Source: an uncultured archaeon | GTDB lineage: Archaea; Altiarchaeota; Altiarchaeia; IMC4; QMZM01 | DNA length: 41,173 bases | Direction: 5' to 3' | Assembly: GCA_964592095.1 (NCBI GenBank) | Contig: CAZQER010000002.1 | Location: 1 to 41,173, forward strand | Shown here: positions 9,842-17,930 of the stretch, one piece after another | How positions within the stretch are numbered: the first letter of the stretch is position 1 | How the letters are laid out: the number at the start of each line of letters is the position of its first letter | Program-made: the position numbers and the translations under genes | Notes under the pieces: generated by a model | The model's database searches: none | Told to the model about the DNA's origin: nothing | What the model saw: the letters and a program-made list of their open reading frames with translations, nothing else

Positions 9842-10303
9842 CTATATAAACCTCACAAGTTGAATAATATCCTCTCCCTTCTTTGTGTAGTTTCTGAAAT
9901 AACCTTCCTTTTCAAATCCATTACTTAGGAAGAATTTTAACCCCTCCTTATTTACAGCCTTAACCTTTGCAATTACTCTCCTAATACCTAACTTCTTTAG
10001 AAAAATAATTGCATTATTCAGCAAAATTGTTCCTATTCCCACATTTCTGAATTTCTTCCTTACACATATTGGTCCAATTTCACCCCTACCTACATTGCTA
10101 TAAAACAAAATGCCAACAAAACCAACTATTGTATCATTTACTTCAGCCACGAGGAATTTAAAATCAAATCTCTGAGAAATATTTATAATAAAATCCTTAT
10201 TGATGCCTATATCCTCAAAATTTTCAGCAGATTCATTATGCAATTTAAGTATATATTCAACATCTGAAGGCACAAATTCTCTAATAGAAATTTTTTCATT
10301 CAT
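9842..10303 (-). CDS. GNAT family N-acetyltransferase
   Basis: 153 aa. It has the acetyl-CoA binding motif A (VRKKFRNVGIGTILL) and the typical GNAT beta-strand layout. Confidence 0.8.
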   Translation of the reverse strand: MNEKISIREFVPSDVEYILKLHNESAENFEDIGINKDFIINISQRFDFKFLVAEVNDTIVGFVGILFYSNVGRGEIGPICVRKKFRNVGIGTILLNNAIIFLKKLGIRRVIAKVKAVNKEGLKFFLSNGFEKEGYFRNYTKKGEDIIQLVRFI

Positions 10304-10337
10304 AATCTATAATATTGTATGAAATGAAAAAATCAAA

Positions 10338-11558
10338 ATGAAATACATTGTTGTGGTTGGAGATGGTATGGCAGATTATCCCATAAATGAACTTGATGGT
10401 AGAACTCCCTTGGAGGTTGCAGAAAAACCAAATATGGATTTTATTGCAGAAGAAGGGAGGTGTGGTTTACTAAGGACGCTTAAAAAGGGGATGTCCCTAG
10501 GAAGTGATATTGCAAATCTCAGAATTCTTGGCTATGATACAGAGAAATATTACACGGGTGGTAGAGGACCATTAGAAGCCGCAAGCATTGGTATATCTCT
10601 TGGAAGGTATGATATTGCCTTCAGATGTAATCTTATCACAGTAGAGGATGGAAGGATTAAAGATCATAGTGCAGGTCATATATCAAGCAATGAAGGGGGG
10701 GAACTGATAGAGTATATAAATAAAAAATTTGGCACAGATAATATAAAATTTTACCCGGGTGTGAGTTATAGAAACATTCTTGTTCTTAAGGGAAAAGGAT
10801 TCTCAGATAAGATTAAATGTGTGCCTCCGCATGATATAATAAATCAAGAGATTTCAAAAAATTTAGTAAAACCCACAGAAAGTGAAGGAAGAAAAACAGC
10901 AGAATTACTTAATAAGATAATTTTAGAATCTAAGAATATCCTTGAAAATCATAATATAAATATAAAAAGAAGGGAGAAAGGAAAGTTGATGGCAAATTCC
11001 ATCTGGTTTTGGGGTCATGGTAGGAGGTTGGAAATGCCATCATTTATGGAAAGATATGGGATTAAAGGAGCCATGATTTCAGCGGTGGATCTACTTAGGG
11101 GTATAGGTGTATATCTCGGAATGGATGTGATTGATGTGCCTAATATTACCGGATATTTAGATACGAATTATGAAGGGAAGGCGGATTTTGCAATAAAAGC
11201 TCTGGAAAGAAATGATTTGGTTTATGTTCATTTAGAGGCAACAGATGAGGCATCACATGAGGGCAGTATTGAAAAGAAAATAAAGGCTATAGAGGACTTA
11301 GATAAGAGATTGCTGGGTAGAATTATAAAGGGAATTTCCAAAGATATGGAATATACTTTAGCTGTTCTTACCGATCATGCTACTCCAATAAAATTAAGAA
11401 CACATACTCATGATTTGGTTCCATTTGCCATATACAACCCCAAAAATGAGGGTGATAAGGTAAAGAGATTTACAGAGAATGAAACTAAAAAAGGCTTTTA
11501 TGGAAAAAGGGATGCACTTGAATTTATGAATCTTTTGTTATATAATAAATCTAAATAA
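10338..11558 (+). CDS. apgM: 2,3-bisphosphoglycerate-independent phosphoglycerate mutase, archaeal type
   Basis: 406 aa. The N-terminal VVGDGMADYP metal-site motif, the later HLEATDEASHEG and LTDHATP motifs, and the overall length all fit archaeal ApgM. Confidence 0.85.
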   Translation: MKYIVVVGDGMADYPINELDGRTPLEVAEKPNMDFIAEEGRCGLLRTLKKGMSLGSDIANLRILGYDTEKYYTGGRGPLEAASIGISLGRYDIAFRCNLITVEDGRIKDHSAGHISSNEGGELIEYINKKFGTDNIKFYPGVSYRNILVLKGKGFSDKIKCVPPHDIINQEISKNLVKPTESEGRKTAELLNKIILESKNILENHNINIKRREKGKLMANSIWFWGHGRRLEMPSFMERYGIKGAMISAVDLLRGIGVYLGMDVIDVPNITGYLDTNYEGKADFAIKALERNDLVYVHLEATDEASHEGSIEKKIKAIEDLDKRLLGRIIKGISKDMEYTLAVLTDHATPIKLRTHTHDLVPFAIYNPKNEGDKVKRFTENETKKGFYGKRDALEFMNLLLYNKSK

Positions 11559-11568
11559 ATTTTAAAAT

Positions 11569-11832
11569 ATGGATGAGGATAAAAAAATATTGGTGGAATT
11601 TTATATAAGGGAGGGGGAATATTCACCTGTATGTCGTTTTGAATTTCCTCATCAGAGTTTCATTTATTCAATCTTGGAGTCAACACCTGTAAATGAACAG
11701 AAAAAATACAAATTTTATTTCTTCAACAACATATTGGTTTCAAATAATTACTCAAAAGATGTTTTGAAATTTCTTAAGAACGGTGCCAAAAAGGCGGGAT
11801 TTGAGATAGAATTCGTAGAGAAAAAACGGTAG
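11569..11832 (+). CDS. hypothetical small protein (87 aa)
   Basis: ORF packed tightly between apgM and the acylphosphatase gene on the same strand. No motif recognised. Confidence 0.4.
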   Translation: MDEDKKILVEFYIREGEYSPVCRFEFPHQSFIYSILESTPVNEQKKYKFYFFNNILVSNNYSKDVLKFLKNGAKKAGFEIEFVEKKR

Positions 11833-12123
11833 GTGATGAAAATGCATTCTGAGATAGAGGCTCATGTTTTTATTTCGGGAATCGTACAGGGTGTTTTCTT
11901 TAGAGCGAATACTATGGAGATGGCAAGAGAACTGAAACTCTCGGGTTGGGTAAAAAATCTCCCTGATGGGAGAGTAGAGGCAATTTTTCAGGGAGATGAA
12001 AACAAAGTAAAAAAGATGATAGAATGGTGTCATAAAGGACCAAGATTTGCAAGGGTTTCAAAGGTAGATGTGGAGATAAGGGGGATTAAAGATAAATTGC
12101 AAGGATTTGAGATTAGATACTGA
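11833..12123 (+). CDS. acyP: acylphosphatase
   Basis: VFISGIVQGVFFR is the acylphosphatase signature and the ~90-aa size fits. GGTGAT immediately precedes the gene. The true start is probably ATG at 11836 or 11842. Confidence 0.85.
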   Translation: MMKMHSEIEAHVFISGIVQGVFFRANTMEMARELKLSGWVKNLPDGRVEAIFQGDENKVKKMIEWCHKGPRFARVSKVDVEIRGIKDKLQGFEIRY

Positions 12124-12125
12124 AA

Positions 12126-12785
12126 ATGAAAAAACTTTTTATACCGGCATATTCCTTAAAGAGTCCAGAAAGGGCTGTAAAAAGGGCATTAAGGCTTCTA
12201 AAAGGTTATAAAACTATAGGTATCATTACCACTGCCCAACATATAAATCAGATATCTATGGTAAAAAGAATTCTTGAGAGAGAAGGGCACAATGTTATTG
12301 AGGGTGGGCAGATACTTGGTTGTAATATAGAATCTGCCAAAAAAATTGAAAATAGTGTGGATGTATTTCTATATATCGGCTCCGGGAGATTTCATCCCTT
12401 GGGTGTTGCATATGCAACAAGAAAGCCAGTAATTACGGCAAACCCCCTCTCTGATTTTGCAGATACAATATCAAAGGAGGAGATACTACAGTTAAAAAGG
12501 AAAAGAAGGGCTAGAATCCTCAGGGCATATAATGCCAATGTTTTTGGAATACTTGTCTCACTAAAGAATGGACAATTTAACTTAGAGAGAGCATTTCAGA
12601 TTAAGGATAGAATGGAAAGAGCAGGTAGGAGAGCATTTATCTTTGCTGGCTCTGAAATAAACAATGATAATATACTTCCATTTAGAGTAGAGGCTTGGGT
12701 TAATACCGCGTGTCCAAGGATAGTGGATGATTACTTTGATAAACCTGTTTTGAATGAAGGAGAGATTGATATACTGATAGAGTAA
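12126..12785 (+). CDS. dph2: Dph2 (2-(3-amino-3-carboxypropyl)histidine synthase) lacking the N-terminal domain
   Basis: The 219 aa align by eye to domains 2 and 3 of archaeal Dph2. Matching segments are IGIITTAQHINQ, GQILGCN, YIGSGRFHPLG, FGILVSLKNGQ and WVNTACPRIVDDY. There is no room upstream for domain 1, because the acyP stop lies 2 nt before the ATG. Confidence 0.75.
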   Translation: MKKLFIPAYSLKSPERAVKRALRLLKGYKTIGIITTAQHINQISMVKRILEREGHNVIEGGQILGCNIESAKKIENSVDVFLYIGSGRFHPLGVAYATRKPVITANPLSDFADTISKEEILQLKRKRRARILRAYNANVFGILVSLKNGQFNLERAFQIKDRMERAGRRAFIFAGSEINNDNILPFRVEAWVNTACPRIVDDYFDKPVLNEGEIDILIE

Positions 12786-12809
12786 AATTTTATAATTATT
12801 TGTGATCTA

Positions 12810-13583
12810 TCACTTGAATAGATTTAACATTTCTTCCTCTGTAAAGTGGAGATTTGCAGGTATGATTATGGAGTGTGGCGGCCCACCAAAATTAAAATCT
12901 ATTAAATCATTTAGAGTTCCAGTCTTTATCGTGGTATCATTTCCTAGTCTTGCAACGCCAACAATAAGTGTTTCATTATCAATAACATTTTCCCTTTTTA
13001 TTTTTTCCATTTTCAAAAGAATTTCAATACCTTCATTGATTGTCATAAATCTCTTTTCTTCATATTTTATATCTAAAAGAATTAATGTATGCATTCCTCC
13101 TCTCAGATTTTCCTTTATCACATTATATGGAGATGTTGGAAAATATTTCTTTTCTGGAAATGGTAGGGTGGTTGTTTTGCCAAACTTGTATATGTGCAAA
13201 CCGGTTTCAGCAATGGCAGAATACACAGATGATGAGTGTATTACCTTGACCTTTATACCCATTTTATTTGCTCTCAATAGAATATCTGCGTGGGTGGTTG
13301 CAATTAGAGGGTCGCCACAAACAAGTAATGCGACATCTTTTTTTGAAGAATTATAAAGGATATTATCATCCGGATGCCCCTCTAAATCCTCCCTGTCTAA
13401 AATGTTAATCCTTTTTCCAACCCAGTTTTCAATAGTCTTCAAATCACCATTAAAAAAACTTGTATATAATTCGGCATAAATTCTATCAACCCTCTTTAGT
13501 ATCTCAACACCCTTAATACTAATATCCCCTTCATCATAAATGCCCAACCCAATGAGATATAACATATTAATAATTAGAAACAC
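12810..13583 (-). CDS. dphB: diphthine synthase
   Basis: 257 aa. The tetrapyrrole-methylase-fold N-terminus MLYLIGLGIYDEGDISIKG, plus LVCGDPLIATTH and the overall length, are typical of archaeal diphthine synthase. It is convergent with dph2. Confidence 0.9.
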   Translation of the reverse strand: MFLIINMLYLIGLGIYDEGDISIKGVEILKRVDRIYAELYTSFFNGDLKTIENWVGKRINILDREDLEGHPDDNILYNSSKKDVALLVCGDPLIATTHADILLRANKMGIKVKVIHSSSVYSAIAETGLHIYKFGKTTTLPFPEKKYFPTSPYNVIKENLRGGMHTLILLDIKYEEKRFMTINEGIEILLKMEKIKRENVIDNETLIVGVARLGNDTTIKTGTLNDLIDFNFGGPPHSIIIPANLHFTEEEMLNLFK

Positions 13584-13641
13584 TGATTTTAATCCAATTG
13601 ATTAAAAAATAAAGAAAAAGAAAAAATAAGAAAAAGAAGAT

Positions 13642-16600
13642 TTAGGCGTGTATATTCTCTTTCAACCACTGTATTAATGCATCTCCTGCCTCTTTTGTAT
13701 CTGAGGCTAAATAACCTGCAACCATAATCTTGTTTCCATCCCTTCTGACAATGAACTTGTCTGGTGCCGCCTCTAACTCCTCTTTTGTTACAGTACACAT
13801 TCCATTCACTGCAGGACCTCCCACTATTATCAGATTCTTGGTTTCATCGGCACCTATCTCAGAGACTACTAAATTGCCCACTGGATTAACTGTAACCTTT
13901 GTGTATGTTACTTCTCCACCTTCACCTGCCTCCATGGTAAAGTTGCTTACCTTGAACTCACAGCACCCTGCAGTTATTGTCTTACCGACATCAGCATCTG
14001 TTATCTCATCGTATGTTACCTTTTCTTTCTCCTCTGTACCGATGAAGTATGTAGCATCTACTGCCTTCTGTGGGTGACATACCTCCACAGATGTAATCTT
14101 TCTGTCTGTACCCCAGTCTATTGTGTATGTATCGCCTCCTTCTGGCACGATCAGAACACTATCATCCTCATCATTCATAACCATTATCTCATCTGTTTTA
14201 TAATACGAGCCCTCCTTTAACATACAACCATCGAATGTTACATCAGTACAATTCCATGTGTTCGTCACATTGTTAAATGAACAGTAGGTTTCATTTACCT
14301 CACAAACTGTTGTGTAAACACCAATTGAATGTCCATAGTCTTGTTCATCACCTGGTGTTTCATCCTCTGGTTGATCTCTGTCTGACATATCTATCACTAC
14401 CGTTTCGCCATCCTCATTCTTTGTGACTATTAGTAAATCGTCATTATCATTATCATTGTTCATATTCACACCATTACCTGAAGTTGCGGCAGTACCACAA
14501 CTCTTCAGAGCATACTGACTGAGGTCAAGTTCCCTTACTGTCCACAGAGAGAATTTACTTCCCTCGTTTTCAAAATCATCAAGTGGGTGTTCTGATGACT
14601 CTATTGTGGAACGAGGTGTGGCTATATCTGGGTCAACAAGCAATAGAATCTGTGACTGTACACCACGAGTATTCCATGGGTCTTTTTTACTTAGTATTAT
14701 TGAATCATCATCATCGTTAAATAGCATTATCATATTCACACCATTAACTGTCACATTAGCCCAGTATATGTCCTCTGCGGAAACTGTAATGTTTTCATCG
14801 TTAGAGAAACCATCACAGTTATTATCAAATGCATCCGAAAGTGCTACTGTTCTCAGTGTTATTTCATCTATATCCTCACAACTACAACTCTGCAGGTTTC
14901 CGTCGTCTAGATTGGGATCACACCTCGTAAAATTACCTGTTGAGCCTCCTGTCATATTACACATATGATACAATGTAATTGTCTTCTTTGATCCAGACCC
15001 CACTGGTTTTAACTTTACCTCCACACTATCATCATTTTTATCTGTTGTTCCCCCGTCATCCTTCGTTGAACCAAGATACTGATACATCTTGCCTCCAATC
15101 AGGAAGGCATCTTCATCACCACTCTCTGTGAATGGTCCGTTATCAAGTCTCAAATCATATCTGTTGTGTTTATCATTCGTCATACTTACTACAACCTGAT
15201 AAGGCTCTTCTCCCTCTGATATCACTATGTTTCCTTCACCCGCTCCAGAGCATTCAGCCTCTCTGAATGAGGATGTCATATATCCCTTGAATATCAACTT
15301 GAATTCTCCAGGTAGATTGAATTCATCTCCAACCCTCAATGCATGGAATATAGGATCACTCTGACTCTCATCTACATTCTTTACTAAGGTTACCGTTATA
15401 TTTGCAAGTACTAGGTCGTTAGTGTCATCTAAATTACTGTATTGGGTAATATCCTTTGCACAGTCACTGTCACTTTTACAATGAGCAGTATTAACATTTA
15501 CCTTCCAGCCTTCCCATGTGTTTCCACCTATGCTCAACTCCTCTCCATCTTCAAGAACCACTTGATTGCTGATATCATATACTATGATGGATGCTGTTTC
15601 AACACCACCGGATGATTCCGCATATACACCAGAAATCTCCAAATCATCTACCACTGCATTTGCCATCTTTGATATCTGTCTCTGCACCTCAGTACCATCT
15701 GGTTTCTGTATTGTCAGCAATATACCTGCTACAACATACTCTCCTGAATATATTAGGTGGTCAATCTTGAATTTGTATCCCTTGTACTCTGATGTGTATC
15801 CCTCACTTGTTATATCATCTAACCTGGTACCTTCAGCGAGGATTATCTTATCTTCACCCTCTATGTCCTTCACATAGTACTCCTTCCCAAAGAAGAGCAA
15901 CTTTCCTCTGTACTCAAAATCAACCCAATGATCACTGTCGCCTCCTCCACTTGTTAGTCTCTCCATTGGTATCCAGCCAGCCTCAAGTATATACTTTATA
16001 GCATTCTTCTTTATAGCCATCTCTAAGTACTCTGGGTCACGCTTACCAATACCGCTCTCATAGTACCATATATTGTCGTTGTTCACATAGAGTTTCTCCT
16101 CCATATCGTGGGATGGGTTCTCTAAGGCTTCCAAACACAGGTTATGACAGAACAGGCAGTGGATGTTATTGGATGTAAGGGTCTGCAGAATCGTTGCCTC
16201 GGCAAGTTGCTCCTTCTCGCATGTTATTGAATACTGTGTAAATCCGCCAGATTCATAGGTTTCTTCACCATCAAATTTGTAGTTACCTTCGGCACCACTC
16301 TGGCTATAGAAATCCTCTGATATTTTAACATCCTTAGTATCCTGCACATATTCACCGACAGCTCCTAATGCTGATGTCTCTATCAGTACCTTTCCTGTTG
16401 CAGCGGCACCTGCTCCACCCGCTGTTGCTGTCTCTTCCATGTACGCCAAATTACCTATGGTTGCAGCAATATTACCTGCAGTTACAAAATCGTCTGGTCC
16501 TCCGGCGTTTGCCTTTTCCCCAACCACTATCTGAACCTTTGGTACATAATTTGCATCATAGAAAAACCCCTTCTCAATTCCCGTGGTGTCCATTCCTGCA

Positions 16601-16695
16601 AGCACTGGTGTCGCAAGTGTTGCACCTATCATGGTAGCCCCAATTGCAACAGTACCTATCTTCTTAATATCTATGGATTTCAATTTCCTTATCAC
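13642..16695 (-). CDS. S-layer-like major surface protein, Cys-rich
   Basis: The signal peptide ...KKIGTVAIGATMIGATLATPVLAG and the C-terminal NLIIVGGPAVN...IMVAGYLASDTKEAGDALIQWL resemble Methanococcales/Thermococcales-type S-layer proteins. The protein is acidic with many N-x-S/T sequons and about 21 Cys. The listed GTG start sits inside the SD (GAGGTGAT). TTG at 16683-16681 (MKSIDIKKIG...) is the more plausible start. Confidence 0.7.
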   Translation of the reverse strand: MIRKLKSIDIKKIGTVAIGATMIGATLATPVLAGMDTTGIEKGFFYDANYVPKVQIVVGEKANAGGPDDFVTAGNIAATIGNLAYMEETATAGGAGAAATGKVLIETSALGAVGEYVQDTKDVKISEDFYSQSGAEGNYKFDGEETYESGGFTQYSITCEKEQLAEATILQTLTSNNIHCLFCHNLCLEALENPSHDMEEKLYVNNDNIWYYESGIGKRDPEYLEMAIKKNAIKYILEAGWIPMERLTSGGGDSDHWVDFEYRGKLLFFGKEYYVKDIEGEDKIILAEGTRLDDITSEGYTSEYKGYKFKIDHLIYSGEYVVAGILLTIQKPDGTEVQRQISKMANAVVDDLEISGVYAESSGGVETASIIVYDISNQVVLEDGEELSIGGNTWEGWKVNVNTAHCKSDSDCAKDITQYSNLDDTNDLVLANITVTLVKNVDESQSDPIFHALRVGDEFNLPGEFKLIFKGYMTSSFREAECSGAGEGNIVISEGEEPYQVVVSMTNDKHNRYDLRLDNGPFTESGDEDAFLIGGKMYQYLGSTKDDGGTTDKNDDSVEVKLKPVGSGSKKTITLYHMCNMTGGSTGNFTRCDPNLDDGNLQSCSCEDIDEITLRTVALSDAFDNNCDGFSNDENITVSAEDIYWANVTVNGVNMIMLFNDDDDSIILSKKDPWNTRGVQSQILLLVDPDIATPRSTIESSEHPLDDFENEGSKFSLWTVRELDLSQYALKSCGTAATSGNGVNMNNDNDNDDLLIVTKNEDGETVVIDMSDRDQPEDETPGDEQDYGHSIGVYTTVCEVNETYCSFNNVTNTWNCTDVTFDGCMLKEGSYYKTDEIMVMNDEDDSVLIVPEGGDTYTIDWGTDRKITSVEVCHPQKAVDATYFIGTEEKEKVTYDEITDADVGKTITAGCCEFKVSNFTMEAGEGGEVTYTKVTVNPVGNLVVSEIGADETKNLIIVGGPAVNGMCTVTKEELEAAPDKFIVRRDGNKIMVAGYLASDTKEAGDALIQWLKENIHA

Positions 16696-16872
16696 CTCTC
16701 TTTTTATTTTTTAAATATTTTTCAAATATATTTCTAAATTCATATACTTAATAAGAAAGAATTTCTCATATATATATCTACAAACGAACGAAAATGAAAT
16801 CATGCAATATTTTTTTATTTTAAATGTTCATTTTACCTTATTTTGATAATAAAAAGTTCGTGCAGGTTTTAT

Positions 16873-17805
16873 TTACTTAAAAACCCATTCTTTGAGTTTT
16901 ATCCATTTAATTCTACCATCTTTACGCCTTTCAATAATATTTCTCCTTTCTAATCTGTTCATTATCTCTGAAAGGGAGGATTTAGGTATTCCAGTTGATT
17001 TATAGATATATGCTTGGGTTATTTCATCATTAGAATCTTCAAGTATCTCCACTATCTTCCTTTCATTTTCATCCAACATATTCTTTATAGAATCCTTTAC
17101 TTTATGTTCTCTTTGCTCTTCAAATTCTCTTTTTGCAACATTCTTTCGGGGTGTAATTCGGGATATAATGTACACTATTAAAAATAATCCCGATAGCAAA
17201 ATAATCCCGATAGCAAAATAATCTAGATTATTGATTGTCTCCTCATGATGGGTTTCATAGTTTATATAAAATGAGAATATCTCAGAGTCCGGATAAAGAA
17301 TGAGACCGTTCTCTATTGGAGAGAACAATAGCTCTCTTGAAAATGGCAGAACTTTTGTATTTGGCAGGAAGTGCAAATATATAAGTGTATGATGAGGGGT
17401 TGCAGATGTTGAATATCTTATGGTCCATATAGAGCCATTTTTACTTATAAGATGAGGTGTGGTGTAAAAAATCTTTATTTGATTTTTCTTACCTCCCAGG
17501 AACTTTACAAGTTTTTTATCATTTATTTCATTTATTGTATAAACCAGAACTTCATCATTTTTTCCAAGAATTTTCAATCCCTCCACATCATTTGGAATAA
17601 CAACGCCTGCTGTTTCATCACTTAGTGTTATCCTTTTTTCAACATCTACATAGCCATTTGCCTTTATATTTAAATTTATATAGTCAACAGATGAAATGCC
17701 AAATTCCATAGAATATAGATTACCTTCATATTCCTGTGCCGTTATAAAGGTCATAAAAGCTATAAAAACAATTATAGTCAAAAGATATATGGATGTTGGT
17801 TTCAT
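16873..17805 (-). CDS. membrane-tethered winged-helix (MarR/TrmB-like) protein with an extracytoplasmic N-terminal domain
   Basis: The layout is N-terminal signal/anchor (MKPTSIYLLTIIVFIAFMTFITA), a ~190-aa outer domain, one TM helix (FAIGIILLSGLFLIVYII), then a cytoplasmic wHTH (ERKIVEILEDSNDEITQAYIYKSTGIPKSSLSEIMNRLERRNIIERR). Confidence 0.6.
   Translation of the reverse strand: MKPTSIYLLTIIVFIAFMTFITAQEYEGNLYSMEFGISSVDYINLNIKANGYVDVEKRITLSDETAGVVIPNDVEGLKILGKNDEVLVYTINEINDKKLVKFLGGKKNQIKIFYTTPHLISKNGSIWTIRYSTSATPHHTLIYLHFLPNTKVLPFSRELLFSPIENGLILYPDSEIFSFYINYETHHEETINNLDYFAIGIILLSGLFLIVYIISRITPRKNVAKREFEEQREHKVKDSIKNMLDENERKIVEILEDSNDEITQAYIYKSTGIPKSSLSEIMNRLERRNIIERRKDGRIKWIKLKEWVFK
17181..17223. 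repeat. perfect 17-nt tandem duplication (2.5 copies) inside the TM-coding segment of the wHTH gene
   Basis: AAAATAATCCCGATAGC occurs at 17181-17197 and 17198-17214, followed by AAAATAATC at 17215-23. The unit length is not a multiple of 3, so on the coding strand the two copies are read as FAIGI and LLSGL. Confidence 0.9.
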
Positions 17806-17880
17806 ATTCTGATATTATAATGATATTATTTATTTTGTATACGGGATTTATATAATTATATTTTTGTTTAGTAGAAGTTT

Positions 17881-17903
17881 AATCCATATACTCAATATGG
17901 ATT
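17881..17903. promoter_or_regulatory. perfect 9-bp inverted repeat AATCCATAT-N5-ATATGGATT
   Basis: Seen directly. It lies 28 nt downstream of the aRF1 stop and 76-98 nt upstream of the wHTH gene start. It could be a hairpin or a dimer-binding operator. Confidence 0.35.
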
Positions 17904-17930
17904 GTAGTGATGTGAAAATTCCTCCAATTA

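Noticed and set aside
12802-13356. 184-aa plus-strand ORF
   Set aside because: It is entirely antisense to the well-supported diphthine synthase gene, and its product is hydrophobic and low-complexity. This is a typical shadow ORF.
13601-13640. A/G-rich low-complexity run (AAAAAATAAAGAAAAAGAAAAAATAAGAAAAAGAAG)
   Set aside because: It is simple-sequence spacer between dphB and the S-layer gene. On the minus strand it supplies an oligo-T tract after the S-layer stop, consistent with ordinary termination. It is not a structured repeat.
13730-16637. Multiple plus-strand ORFs of 69-120 aa inside the S-layer gene, plus the minus-strand ORF at 13589-13798
   Set aside because: They are antisense or out-of-frame overlaps of a long, well-supported CDS. 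The products are Ser/Pro/Leu-rich nonsense.
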